Assembly (NCBI GenBank): GCA_965235115.1
Contig: OZ249438.1
Span: 24,180,001-24,244,000 of the forward strand
DNA length: 64,000 nucleotides
Direction: 5' to 3'
Origin: Laetmonice hystrix
Lineage: Eukaryota
Below, one piece after another: positions 22,724 through 36,617 of this stretch. Position 1 is the first letter of the stretch, and every line of letters starts with the position of its first letter. The notes below the pieces were generated by a model. The model made no database searches. It saw nothing but the letters and a program-made list of their open reading frames with translations, and was not told the DNA's origin. The translations under genes were made by a program, and so were the position numbers.

Positions 22724-23782
22724 CACTGTAAAAAATTGCTGTAATTTCTCCAGTACAGTACTGTATTTTTCACAGTAAAATACCGCTTTGCGTTTTTACG
22801 GTATGTTGCTGTGAAATTGGTGGTAAATTACTGTAATCCTTACAGTAAAATACTGTAAGAGTCTTTTACGATGCGTTACTGTAATGTTTTAGGTTCCCTG
22901 GTACATTACTGTATTTTTTACAGTTTTCACAGTACCTTGCTGTAAAGTTGGTGGTAAATTACTACATTTCTACAGTAACAGACTGTGTGACTCTTTTACA
23001 ATGCATTACTGTACGGCCCCTAATACTGTAAAATCACTCTATTTTTTACAGTACCTTTTACAGTAACGTTATTTGAAATACGGGAAATTACTGTAAAATT
23101 GTCTAGTTCAGTCAACTCTCACAAGGTGGCGGGACACGGATTCACTTCAAAGTAACCAAGCACGAGTTAACTTTCTACCCCGATGTGTCATAATAGGGCC
23201 TACCTGTGAATGCCGGTTAATGCTCCCGTTGGCATATATAATAATAATATTTATACAGTCTTTGTCATAGAGTGTAGAGTGGAATGTCAAATTGGGGCCT
23301 AATTATGAAGTGTGATTCATCAACAGCTTTTGGAAACACCATCTTTAGAGGTTAGGGGACCATATTTATCGACTCCTTGGGTTAGAAACTCCATCATATC
23401 ACGCGGAGTAGCCCCTTTTGCTGCAGACTTTTGAACTTTTATACGAATTGACCAATTGGGACTCGCCAGGCGTCCGGTTCGAACCGAGACTGGCTCAAAA
23501 CTAAATCACTGCAACTTGCCGGATTACAATCAACAATACATCCTATATTACTGTAAATATTACAGTGATTTGCTGCATTACGATTTACAGTAATCCTTCT
23601 ATTACTGGAAACATTACAGTAACTTGATGCGTTAGGATTTACAGTAACTCCCCAGTTACTGTAAAAATTACTGTAACTTCTTGTGATATGATTTACAGTA
23701 GCTCCCGACAATTACAGTAACTTATTGGCAACTCCAGCTGCCAGTAAGTTACTGTAAATTTTACAATAAATTTTTTACAGTG
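22724..23782. mobile_element. Non-autonomous CACTA/EnSpm-like DNA transposon
   Basis: Perfect 14-bp TIR CACTGTAAAAAATT / AATTTTTTACAGTG, 2-bp TSD (TG), and many subterminal TACTGTAA/TTACAGTA repeats in both orientations. No transposase ORF. Confidence 0.85.
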
Positions 23783-24152
23783 TGGCGGTCGACTCGTTTT
23801 GTCACCAACAGTCGATGTTTAGACGTCCGTCAGGCGTCTGCTTGAAACCAAGCCTGCCGACAATGACAAAACGAAGGTGTCCTAACGCGATCAATAGACA
23901 TGTATATAATATGTATGACAAAAGACCCAAGGCATTCCTTTCTTTCATTGGGGGGCGGGGGGATATGGTGCATCCAGTAGGCCTATGCTCACAACATCGA
24001 CGTTACACAACACAAGGAGAAAGTCCTTTAATCATCTAGCGCATATACTCTATGTTCCACTCACTCGCACTCGTACAGAGATAAAAGCTAACAGGGGCCT
24101 CAAAAGGAAACGTGTAGGCCCTATACTACCCCGTACTACACTCATGACCTAC

Positions 24153-26795
24153 CATATCGTTGGCACTGTAGTATGGCTTCACAGACTCCAGCTTGCGTGC
24201 GATGCTAACGTTCTTCTCGGCAATGTCCATCTGCTCCCTCTCTCTGATCAACTGGTTCATGCTGTTAGTACAAAGTGAAAGGACGCAGTCATGTGTTAAT
24301 AGGTATTCGCTTCTTATTTGGTTATATGCCACATAGAAGTATTTGATAGCACTAGACCTCTCTGGTTAGCATGGTTAGCGCTGATACCTGTACCGGTAAT
24401 ATGTACGCAACAACACATTTCGTAGATATACACTTCTATGTCCAAGCTTTCGTTTTGTGTTTGACGGTGTCGGTAGGTGCGTGATATCCATATATTGAAA
24501 CCGATATTTCATTATCTCGTATAATAAGCAGGGATCATTATAGACCTGCTATACATCCTGCTATGTTACATAAAGGTAGTCATGGCTTCACATAATTCAG
24601 TGGTTGCTACATGCGACCTAATTATATTATAAACAGGCATGTTGACTTAACTCTAGGCCCTAATAACACCAAAATTTGGATTGAAAGCGTAGAACGTATA
24701 AAGGCGTGACATTATGATGTAATTCCGTGTATGTATGTCTAGTATTAATGTGTTTCACGATAGTAGAAGTTAGTTCTAAAAGATATTATCAAAAAAAGAA
24801 CTTTCTGAAAAACATGTGCCGACTTTGGATAGATTGGCGCAATTAGAAAAAAAGCAGAGTCCAATCTACAATTATGATTAGAGGAATAAAAATAAAGGGA
24901 CAAAAGGGTGCATGTTAGCCGGCATTGTATAGTATATGATGATTTTTGAAAACTCGATCAGATATCCATTGCGTAAGGAGGAACAATTATTAAAATCACC
25001 GATGGGTGTCTAATCTATAGTTCAAGAAAAAATATTTACCTTTCATTGCTTTTTCTTTTAAAATCAATACATTGTACATTAACAACATATCTTCACAATA
25101 ACATTTGTGATCCTAATGACGTCGTGGATAAGGCCATGTCTATCATTACATGATAGTCCGGGGAGGGATGTTACCTAAGTTTGTTGGTGGAGGTTTCATA
25201 AACAGGAGCCACCGGTGTGGTTAGAGATCAGGGCCCAGTACGTAAAAACCTAAGATCTTGCTTAAGCTTAAGCTTAAGCTTAGCGCTTCTGATTGACTGA
25301 TCTAAGAAGACCAACCAATCAGAACCATTAAGCTTAAGCTTAAGCAGGATCTTAAGTTCTAACGAACTGGGCCCAGACCATAGATTTATACATTTTGCTT
25401 TTGGATGGGTACAGGTATAGGAAAATATTCAAGGGATAGACCATGAGGAGTGGGGAGTGAGGAGTATACCTCATTTGGCGGTAGTCATTCCAGTTGTCTA
25501 CTTGGCCTTTCCTTTTGAGGATCCAAGTCATCCTCTGCAGTAGGATCTGGTTATCCTTATCGATTTCTGCCTGCTTTTGTTCTTCCATCTACAAAATGAA
25601 CAAAAAGGTATTAATAATACAGACAGAGGAAATGGAATATAACCATGAATGTAGTTTCTATAAGCCACGGATTTACTTGAGTTTGAGTTACTCTATCAAT
25701 CAGTGAATTTATTCTATCCACCATGTAGCCAAGTAGGCCCCCATACCTGGATCTTCTTCAGCCGTAGTACCATGTGGGGGTACACCTTGGGAGGCTGGGT
25801 GTTCAGCTTGGGTCCAACCTGGTGAACCTAGAATACAACAGTTTATATATCATGGGTCTAACCAGAACACTCAGGTACATTTAGGAGAGTTTTGTATTTG
25901 AAACATGAGGAAAATTAGCTAAAGGTTTTACTAGATTAAATATTTTTTTAAACCTTTCGAATAATATTGAACAGGTTCTACACGTAGCAGGGGCGCATCC
26001 AGGATTTTGCAACTGGAGGGGTAACATCCAGGATTTTGCAACGGGGGGGGGGGGCTTGATGTATGTATAAAACCTCTTAGACACACTGTAAAATGATAAC
26101 CCTGGAGTCAGGGGGTCTAAGCCCCCTGCTGGATCCGCCACTGCGTAATCTGTGCGGCATATCACTGAACAGCTGCAAAACAGAACGCAGGTAGCGATGA
26201 CACTGACTGATTCATTCGGTTTCGATATATGTCACCAGGTAGCAGCACCTGTCCCTCGGAGTAATCGTGCAGCTCGCAAAAGCTGCATGAGCATGTAATG
26301 ATTAACGTATTGTATCTTATTCTGAATGAATTATCTTCTAAAGCTGAGAGTCGTCGAAAGCTCATGATCAGCCTCAACACTGTACGCCCTCACTATCCTT
26401 TTCGGGGGTCGTTTTATCATATTTCTCTAATATCAGACCCGGGGGGGGGGGGCTCCCGTTGATTTTAATGGATGATTGAGAGACATCGCTACATAAACAA
26501 CATAATCCCTACTGCTGCCCTCGCAGTGAACGTCCTGTAGGCCTACTATAGAGGTCGTCGTAATTAGGACAGTACGATCTACCATGAATCTAACAGCTAT
26601 TATACTAATTAAAATTTATTAGGCTGCCAGGGAAGTGCTATGAGGTGCTGAAATGCCAGACACACGGATGTACTGGCCGACGTTTTGATGGCCGGAGAGA
26701 CTTACCTTCTGAACGTGCAGCTTCATTTTTCGTTCCTCCCATTTCTTATCTATCAGCTTGCTGCAGGAGGGGAAACTGGAGGATTGGAGCGGCAT
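24153..26795 (-). CDS. CFAP97/KIAA1430-domain protein (CFAP97D1/D2-like, cilia/flagella associated); 3' end unresolved
   Basis: Exons 26706-26795, 25747-25827, 25470-25588 and 24153-24261 give MPLQSSSFPSCSKLIDKKWEERKMKLHVQK-VHQVGPKLNTQPPKVYPHMVLRLKKIQ-MEEQKQAEIDKDNQILLQRMTWILKRKGQVDNWNDYRQMS-MNQLIREREQMDIAEKNVSIARKLESVKPYYSANDM. This matches the family pattern (PP..Y.H..LKLKK.Q.EE.R...I.RDN..LL..M..I...G.VDN.N). A likely 5'UTR exon ends near 27160. Confidence 0.85.
25231..25374. mobile_element. Short palindromic MITE (PIF/Harbinger-like GGGCCC termini)
   Basis: GGGCCCAGTACGT..CTAAGATCTTGCTTAAGCTTAAGCTT is inverted at the right end, with (CTTAAG)n subrepeats. It sits in an intron of the CFAP97-domain gene. 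Confidence 0.7.
25988..26143. mobile_element. MITE of the CAGTGGCGGATCCAG / poly-G family; related partial copies near 8938, 32700, 35383 and 62645
   Basis: TIR CAGGGGCGCATCCAG ... CTGGATCCGCCACTG with G/C runs. No clear TSD. Confidence 0.55.
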
Positions 26796-27798
26796 GCTGA
26801 AGTTATGAATGGGCCGATCCTGGTGCAGTCCTGCAGGTAGAGACCGCCAACTTTACATTACTAGGTGGAAGGTTGTAAAACTGACCTTTCAGAACCGTTA
26901 AGGGCCCTAAAAAAGAAATCAATATCTTCTGTCAGGCCGATCGGCCTAGTCATATATCTTAACTATAGTTTGTGGGAGGATAACGATTTGATAGCAGTGG
27001 TCAAAATAATTCATGTCTCCGGTCCGTTTAATATCGGCATATCTTAACTCCGGATAGTCCGGCATACATTGGACCACACAACGTCACACCTATGGCAAAA
27101 CATCCTAAACATCATCTGATTAAGTAACAAAGGAAACAAAATCGCACAATCTTGTTTACCGGAGAGGAGACGGGAAACTGTATTGTTACGCGTTACAATA
27201 ACATGGTATTGATTGAATGAATTTAGTGGCACAGGCGGCAGGGAACACGCCACGTCCGATCAAAGGCATCATGTCTATACCAATAAGATCTACCCCGTGT
27301 ACACTATGTATTATTGATCTAACATCAGAAGTTGTCAGGCGACCACAGAACGCAATCAGTTGGCGCCGCCATAATAAAATCGTGGAGGCGTCTTCCCAGT
27401 CACTGCACACAGACTATCTATTATAAATAGGTGCATGGGTCTATGGTTATATCACATCGACGTCAGTGGTCCTTTAATCACTGGTTGGTCAAAGTATAAA
27501 TTTTTGAAAGTATCATTTAAGTTTTTATGGATATCGAAGCTCTAATGCTATATAGGCCTAAACCAATGATTTTGTGTCTGAAATTTCTATTCTAAAAGAA
27601 ATGTTACAATAGCCTACATTATTGTGTATGTATGAGCCTACACATATAGCTGCCAGTGTCAGTGATTGGGGGGGGGGGGGGGGTAGACATAGTCTTTTTA
27701 TGCTAGATTCTCCGAAGAGTAGTCGAAATGGGCGGCAAATCGAGACACTGCCGAGTGTGACACTGGAGAAAAGGGTTTTCAATTCATTGGCTCATATA

Positions 27799-27836
<38 letters not shown>

Positions 27837-29122
27837 ATACTGGCATACTCGACCCTTTCACGCAGCAAATGGATAATGTAGACCCTATTTGACTTGGTGA
27901 CTTATTCAATATAATACTGGCTTACAGACTGCAACTTGTTATGATAGACGATAACAAATTATGCATGTCAAAACGGGCTATTATATGTGTCCCATAATTG
28001 CTATCATAGCATTTTATTTATCTCATAATGCTATCATAGCATTGTTGTGTTGGAACTATTTAGGCCTAACTGGATTTAACGTTGAGATCACTTTACTATG
28101 ATACATTTATTATGAAGAAAACATGCTAAAGGGTTAACGGGATTAGGCACGGGCTGCGCCAGTGGCGAAGTTATAGCTGATTACCACCACGCACCTGCCG
28201 ACCGGCTTATTGTCTCCATCTGCTTCCTCTGCCGAGGTAATCTGATTTTGTTTGTAATTGTATTATAACATGCTAAATTAGGTTTCGTGTTGGAGCGTTA
28301 GCTTTTCAGCTGCACTGTGATTCAGGAAACAGATAAATGGGCCTGAGATATTTATGAGGGCAGTTTAATTTTGTGATTACATATAAAAAAAATCCACGAG
28401 TATCTATAAGTATCCTAGAAGTCCATGTTTACACAGAACAGTATAGCAGCTTCATTCAAGTGCGAGTTGATATAGTATGTGATTGCAATGACCCCACACT
28501 ATTCGGGTGCATTCTTGTGGCATATCTGGATCAGATCTACTGACCCCGAATATTACATATAGTGGGGTATACCCTCACTAAATAAAATATACCTTTCTTT
28601 CTTTCTGTTTGAGGATTTAAGTTAGAACTTATTTCCCCGTTTAATCTTTCATCTTGATATGAGTATTATTTTTTCCGAAAAAGAAATTGTTCGTAAGGCC
28701 TACTCCAGCGGAGCCACTTTCTGGTGCCAATGGTTTGATCATAGTATCAGGCACAGTAGGCCTATAGACTGTCTTTTCGCACACCCGACGGCAATGATGA
28801 CCCACTGAACTGTGGTCGATAATACCAACTGCTCCAAAGCTTGGGATCATGCATACAACGCCGGTCTGAGGCAGACTGAGCAGCGCTGCATGTAAACCGC
28901 CCCGCACGCCATCCTTCAGCCCGCTTCAGACCGGGAGGGCTCAACCTTCTCTCGCCGGGGGGCTGCGTGCGAGGTTGAATGGCAGTAGCTCCCCCTCTTA
29001 ACTAGGTAAATCAAAGAATGCTGCAGTACACTCAGTCCTGAGGCCAGAGAATCAGAACGGGTCGCGGGCGTTAAGTGCCAAGCACACTTGCACAATTTTT
29101 GCCACAAACTCGATTGGAAAAA

Positions 29123-29542
29123 TCGTAGCAGTTACTGCTTACGAATTCGCCAACAGCAGTGTGAATGGAGTTCGTGAGCAAAAATCTAATTCGTACGATC
29201 ACTTACGTATATGTCAAAAATTCCTTACGAAGTTCATACGACGATAAAGTTCGTACGGCTAAAAAGGTCTCATAAGGGGCCATTCACACTAAGCAGAACG
29301 TTGAAGACATACGGACTTTACCGTAGTACGAAATTCGTATCTTTACCCTTCATGATGGGTTACCGGTGATCGTACGAACTAGATTTTTGTTCACGAACTC
29401 CATTCACACTGCTGCTTGCGAATTCGCACGGAGTTGTACGACGTCTTACGAACTTGGTCCCCACTGCTGTGAATTTTTCCTACGAATTTTTCCTCGCAAA
29501 GCCGTAAACTTCGTCAAACATCATGCCAGTGTGAATGGCATT
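29123..29542. mobile_element. PIF/Harbinger-like MITE (29276-29542) next to an inverted partial copy (~29123-29265)
   Basis: TIR GCCATTCACACT / AGTGTGAATGGC with TAA on both flanks; the interior matches 17454-17710. Confidence 0.65.
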
Positions 29543-32500
29543 TAAACACACAGGCCTACACGGAGAAACACACAGGCCTACATATGGAGAAACACATAAA
29601 ATTCCATTAAGAGACCAGAAACCTATTCTTAACTCAAGGCGACGCCTTTTTTGTAATCAATCTATTTATTTTTCCGGTTCTATAATACTAGCATTGATGT
29701 TATGTTTCACAAGGTCATTGTGATCCTGATAAAAGAAAATGGGTCAACTTTCACATTATCTGCAATTGGGTTCGCAGAAGTAAAAGTAAACGAAAATCGG
29801 TCTTTTCCAGGATGCATACATTTAGAGGAACTTTGAGGAGCATTTCGTCTCAACAAAAAGGTAAATGCATAATATGCATTTTTGACAACACTCAAACGTG
29901 GCGATCAAGTGCAGTATTGATTTCCCTAACAACATAAGGCGATTGCTCTACATCAGGTTTTGTTTTGTTATATCAGTGCCAAGGGAAATGAATCCATGGA
30001 AAAGCCAGTCCAGTTCGTGCTATGCATGAATTCTTCATGAGACACCGTTCTTCAGAAGGCAGCGCCGACTCCTGGGAACTTCGTTTTGTATGCAATGGGC
30101 GAGCACGCAAAACCACTGCTTTCAGGCGGGAATTAGACTTCAATTGGGGTTTGAAAGGTGGCCGTTCAATCGCCAGTTTAGTAACATTTAGTTCCATTTT
30201 CACCTTTATACGATGTATTTTACAAGGAAGTAGAATATTATCCACTTCACACTGACATTAATTAAAATCTTGCTAATCTAAAATGGCGCAGTGTATGTTA
30301 TAAACTTGGTATAATGAAAGGTGAGTACAACTGGTGAAACGTTCACTCTCTATTGATTCGACAGGCGGGTAGCGCCGATACTCAGTGCTTCATGTTATGA
30401 TATTTATGAACACAAAGTTTGAGTTTATATTATCAGTGTATACAATAATCTCAAGGCTACTAAATCATTCCATGGGCTGCCGGCCTATAAAACGGACGCA
30501 GGCGCCCCCCAAACCGGCAGTTGGTCGCTTTGACTACGACAGGCCATATAGTAACTTCACACAGTGACACATATATAAATACGTAGGTCTATAATCCCAC
30601 CCGAGCTCACATGTCACTGCTACAGCTTCTGTGACCAATCCCAGGCAACTTTTATTGTTCAATTACATAGGACACAGTGGGCCTTTACTGTAGTATTATA
30701 GCGGTAAATGGTGTCAATAGATTCGACCTCGTCTAAAGACTTCTGCCATGAAGTTGGCAATAACTTTAAGCGAGTAACTGTTGACGAAAACATTAATTTT
30801 ACCGCTATTGTGGTATCTGAATGTATAAAGTGTTTTAATTTTTGTCAATTATTGCTTGTTTAAGCATCTGCAGTCAAGATATTTCTTTCTTTGCACTTAG
30901 TAAGGGCCTACATGCATCATCTATAGGGTTTCACGTCGTCATCAAACGGCTATACAGTGTTTAATTGTAAAACGGATTAATGACCCAAAACCGGCACAGC
31001 TCGTGCATGTGAATAAAGCTGCCCAGCACGTCATCTGCTGGTCAGTGTATACGGTTCTAAATCGGCAGCATCCGTGGTTTTGTAACGTATACCGGTAATG
31101 TATACATCTAGGCCCTATGTGTGGTTGGTAGAGGTACAAACACGCTTTAGTGGTAGCCAGCGTCGAACATAATCGACCAGGAAGGTTGTTTTACGTTAGT
31201 TGATACATTATCTGCCTATTTTACGGTCTTATCGACATCAGGTACAGATGCATAGATCTACGTTCTGCCTTCTTTCAATCCTATTTCAGGATTCTCGAAA
31301 GTTCCCACGTAAATTAATCACAGGAATGAACATATAGGCCTGTATAGGCCTATATGTATACTCGTTGATTACACATTGCATTGCTTATAGATCTATTACT
31401 TTTTCATACAATTCATACAAAAATATCGGTTGAAATAAGACCTTCGATCTGTAAGGTAATGCACCTAGGTGTATGCATCATCTAGTCATCCCATGATAAC
31501 TATATGCATACCTAATCAAAGCGTAGACTTTGAATCTCAAACAGCATGCAAGACGTCTATCAATCTTCAGTCAGACTTATACGGTACTCTATACTGTAAA
31601 TCTATAAGGATTTCTACTTTATTATCCAACCATAAGCAGACCACAGACAAAATTAATCATGTTAGACCTATATACAGACTGTATAGGCCTATCTTTTTAG
31701 AAGAAAAGAAGACATGTGTACGGAATATGCTAAGTTACCAGTTCATTTTCAATTAAGATAGCCAAGTTATGTATCTACCTATAGGCCTACCTTTGTTCCA
31801 GATTATCGCCTTTCATGTGTGTGGTCACGAATGGACGTATAAAGTGACATGTAGCAGTAAATTACAGACGACAGCGCGACAGGGGGTGGACTAAATTAAA
31901 CTATACTTACCTATGTTCTAACTACTGTAATCCACAGACCCATGGTTCCATGTTTTCGGATCCCGCTTATGCTCATACATTGCAGCTCTGTTCTCAAAAT
32001 TGTTTTCTCAAATAGTGTATTAACATACACTTGAAAATCTCCTTTTCCTTCGAGATCCCGCGCTTGTTCTGCACATTTGTTTCAAATAGTCTTTGGTGGT
32101 TCTGGTAAGTGGCTCTGGCTGGCCCACTTTGTCCTCCGGTGTTAGGAACAAATATTTTGATAGGCCTATATCATGTTCAAGATCTGCCAACTCCTGACAG
32201 ACATTTGGTTCTCGTCCCATGAGCATGCATGAGCCTGGGTGGCGGTCTGTTGTGGTTGATAATCCGGGTAGGGCTATGACTATAGGCGTAGCTAGTCTGT
32301 GGCGATCAAACCAGCGGACTCCAATTTTGACACTTCTACGTTCAGGGTGCTGCTGGTCCAGCGGCGTTTGGAGTTGCCATGCAACACGTATCGACTTGCA
32401 ATTAACAGGCCGCGAATCAGATCAACGAACTTACAGTGGGGCATGCAACTTCGTGGACTGCCTTCTGGATCGAAGCTGTGATTTTAAGTTTAAGTTATAA

Positions 32501-34056
32501 TCATATCTAGGGGTCTATATGTCATAGAGTCTTGAAAACACCTAGGATAATTGGTGGGACAGGCCTATGCTCAGGCCTCCAAATCCACGATTTCACTAAG
32601 GGGGGGGGGCACTGTAGGCCTACCACAGGAAAACAATTCATGATTGTTTGCATTACTAATTTAAAGCTCTCTTGTAGGCCTACATGTAACATATATGACC
32701 AGTGGCGGATTCAGGGGGGGGGGGCTCCCGGTCCGCCCCCCCCCCCTCCTATTTTCCAAACTCTTACCTATTTTCTATGTTTCATGCGTAAAAATAGGAT
32801 CAAATGGAATTTCGTTGAAAGATCCGGGAGAAATTCCGACTTTACATCGGGGAAAGGTGTCTAAGATGGGCCCTAGATGGGACTAAACTGGGCCCTTCGA
32901 TTGTAGCGCTATCTAGTGTCGAAATGAATAAATAAGGTTATAGGTCAATAGATGACGCCAGAGAGCACCCCAGACCACATGTTACTGGGACCACGGGTCA
33001 TCGGAAAGGTGAGGGTAGGCCTAAATTTAACATTTTCGGACATTTTGCTATTTATTTTTGCTTGGATTCATATACAAGCAGAAATTAGGCATGGACCACA
33101 ACCAGTTTACTATTCTATACAAAGTCAAACTAATTAGCAATGATTGTGTGATTGTTTGTATTTAAGCAGTCGTTAATGTTGGGCGTAGAAATGGCGGGTA
33201 AAGTTGTCACGTGGGATTGGTCTAAAACGGGCCCGTTTTAGACCGCAGGGGGCCCATTATAACATCACCTTACCAACATTATACCTAACCTGAAATTCCT
33301 CTCGTGGAGAAAGGGAAAACGCGAACACGACACGCGAAATGTAGCATGCAGGTGCATGTGTGAATGCTCACGCTGCAAAGAATGGGCCCACGAAGACTGT
33401 CCCCCGCCCCCCCAAACAAAAAACAAACAGACTTAATCTCTTAAAGGCACTGTGTTTTTAAAACCTGTAATATCGACACCCTGCCATAGAAATCAGCTTA
33501 GTGTCACATGTAAAACTCAAATAAATTGAAGTAAAACCAACCAGATGTAATGTGAGAAAGCTCAGCTGGCTCCGTTGCAATCTAACGCTCTACATTCGAA
33601 CCGCTTGGCCATTTTGGATAACCGTGCAACGGGAATTCTCACGCTCGGTTTCAACGCCTCTCACACACTCAGGTGACGCTCGGAGCGTGGGGTTTCAAGG
33701 CCATCCACCCAACGATCTATTTCAATGCCACGAGCACTGTCACGTCTTCTGTCCAACTCCCCAGCTTTTAGCTGATTTTGTTGACATCGACTTTCGTCGC
33801 TTAAAAGCCCTCGGAGGCATCTATAGGCCTACTAAAGCAAGCGTATGATGATGATCAATATGGTGGAGCGATACCTGAAGTCATTTGCAGTGCCCCTTTC
33901 GGAGAGCGGAGACAAATTCAAACTCCTGCTAGGCCTACTTTATTGACTCAGACGAAGGTTGTTCGATCAACATTAATTTAAGGATCTTGACACTTTTGAC
34001 GACTGCAGAGAAACTGCTTATTATAGTCTGATAAGCATTATTTAAAATAACTCTTG

Positions 34057-34947
34057 ACTATATAGAAATATAGGTTCCCAGTAGAACTTCTGAGTTCCTC
34101 GTGGCACCTGGGTTTATTTGGGGTATTTGAGGTTCTCAATAAAACTTAAGAGTTCCTTGTGGAACCCGGAGGAAAGGTTCCTTGCAAGTAGATCTATAGA
34201 GTTCCACAGAGAACCTGTTACGTTCTTTAAGGGTTCTTTGAAATGTTGAGGGTTCCATCTAGAACTCTTCCAGAAAAAAAGGTTCCATACAAGTAACCAA
34301 GCACGAGTTGACCCTCAACCCCGACGTGTCATAATAGGGGCCTATTATATATTATGAACGCCAGCTAATGCGACCATGGCATAGATTAATAATAATATTA
34401 ATACAGTCTTTGTCATATGGTGTTGAGTGGAAGGTCAAATAGTGGCCTAATTAAGCCCCCATGAAGTGTGGTTCGTTAACATTTGTCTAGGAAACACCAT
34501 CTTTGCAGGCCAGAAGACGTTAATGTTAACTCCGAGATAGACAGTCGATATTTTCAGGCGGAGTAGCTGGCTTAGGCCTAGGCTGCAGACGTTTGAACTT
34601 TAATGAACCTGTTTAAATTCACCAGACCATAAGGTTCGCACCAACTGGTTCTAAACTAGTTTAGATCCAATATTGGCTTATTTTATGTCGAATATAGACA
34701 AAAAGGGTTCTTTATAGAACCCCTGAGGATTGGTTCTTTGAAGAACCTTTTGTTGGAAGTTCCCGGAAGAACCTTAAATAAAGGTTCCCTGTTGGAGACA
34801 AGCTTAGGCGATTCCACTCTGAACCTTTCCCAGGGTTCCATATTGAACCTCTAGTACTTTTGAAGGTTCCTTATCTATAGCCTATCAAGGCTTAGAACCT
34901 TCAAAAATTCCGCTACAGAACCATTAAAAAAAATTGTTCTATGAGTG
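34057..34947. mobile_element. Degenerate CACTA/EnSpm-like non-autonomous element with GGTTCY/RGAACC subterminal repeats
   Basis: The right end ..TTCTATGAGTG gives a CACTC terminus on the minus strand; the left end is decayed. GGTTC/GAACC motifs are dense, and the core is homologous to 23150-23438. Confidence 0.55.
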
Positions 34948-36617
34948 TAGGTTAAAACGCGCCCGGTGGCCCGTTTTAACCCAAATACATCCGGTAAAAC
35001 GGGCCTTTAACAAGTTTTCGTTTGTGCGAAATATATTGTATTTCGTCAAAAGATGGAAGCACAATTATACCTCTTTTCATTGTTAACACCTTGGCAGTCA
35101 ATAAATACATGATGGCGCTTTTCTATTTCCGCGCTTTTTATGTGCTATGATGATGGCGTTTTCACTTAAATAATGAGCCCGTTTTAGGCCTAGGGGATAT
35201 AGGGGCCTAGATCTAATCTTTTAGAGTGAATTTTCACTCTGGACAACGAATTTAGAGAGTAGGCCTATTATGTTTGGTTTGAACCTTTCAAAATGAAAAT
35301 AAAGAATTCGTAAGTGGGGGTTGCAAATCCCTACCCCCCGCCCCCCCTGCCCCCCCTGCCCCCCCTGCCCCCCCCCCCCCCCAGTGGCGTATCCAGGGGG
35401 GTTTCCAAGTATCCCGGAACCCCCCCCCCCCCCCTTAAAAAAATTACGGGTAAGGACATTTTGGTAAAAAAGGGGTGTAAAATGCATTAGGCCTATTTTA
35501 ACCAAAGGAAACCTTCCACCTTCATATTTCCACACAAGATGTCCTGAGATTGCATTATTTGATGCCTTTTTGTTAAATTTCCTCGCGGACATCAAAGCGT
35601 ACGAGCTTAAGTGCCCCATCTGATGGTGAACAGCGTTACTAAAAACCCTCTATAATTATAGTACATCATCTTCCACCAGACGGCGCGGTAGTCAGCAAAC
35701 TAGGCCTACAATGTTATCGTGGTGCACGGGGTTTGTGACAGTGGCGGCGGCGTGGGTGGGTGCGAGTGACAGTGACTGAGTGAATTCGACCATGAAGCCA
35801 TTGAAGGGGAGTGTTGGTATTGGGCGACAGTTTGACAGTGACGCAGACAGGAACTAAACTACTGTACTGCAAGGAACTAAGCCGATACGACGGTGTCGAA
35901 TGACTCTTCAAAATCGTGTGTCCTTTTGGCAGAGGTAAGTTGGGTTTTACAAGTTAACGCTGGCCAACTTACTTGACTGAGGCCTCGGCCCTAGCCCGGC
36001 CTAACGTTAGCCTTGGCAGTGTAACGTTAGGCTGCCTTGTGACAATTTCTGCAGCCTGTCCACGGACTGGTACGAGTGGCACTGTCGGGTCGAGTTAGGG
36101 GCGTATGCAGGATTCTCGTTTGTTTGAGGGGAATGTGTGGCCTAGCTACCATATCAGGGCAGGGGTACTTTTCTCTGGGTACCAGGTTAAAGTGGCCCCC
36201 AAGGCAGCCCAAGCAAGGCCCAAATTCCTCAAATAGATCTAGGTCTACATATCCTTGTTTGAACCCCACTGACACCATGTTAAAATTTCAGCTTCGAGCA
36301 GTAAGCGAAAGTATTTTAAAAGTGACGTTATGTAGGACTCTAACACAGTTACCGTTTGACCCGTCCGCCATTTTCTAAAACCAGCGTGGGCTGGGAGCGG
36401 GGGTTGGTCAAAGCGTCCGATGGTAAAAGCGTCCGAGTCAGTGTGTCCGCTGCTTGAGTCAAAGTGTCCGCCATTTGAATCAAAGTGTCCACCGACACTT
36501 TGACTGTGCCCCGGACGCATTGACTCGTCAGACACTTTGGCGATCGGACGCCTTGACTATACTTCCTGGGAGCTAGCGGTGATGCCAGGTCGTGTGGTAA
36601 GGACAGTGGTCTCGGTC

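Noticed and set aside
28790-28872. C/D-box snoRNA candidate (ATGATGA ... CTGA, ~75 nt apart)
   Set aside because: There is no terminal stem, I could not identify an rRNA-complementary guide, and no host intron is evident.
35221-35619. 132-aa Gly-rich ORF
   Set aside because: It arises from poly-C runs of a MITE-like element.
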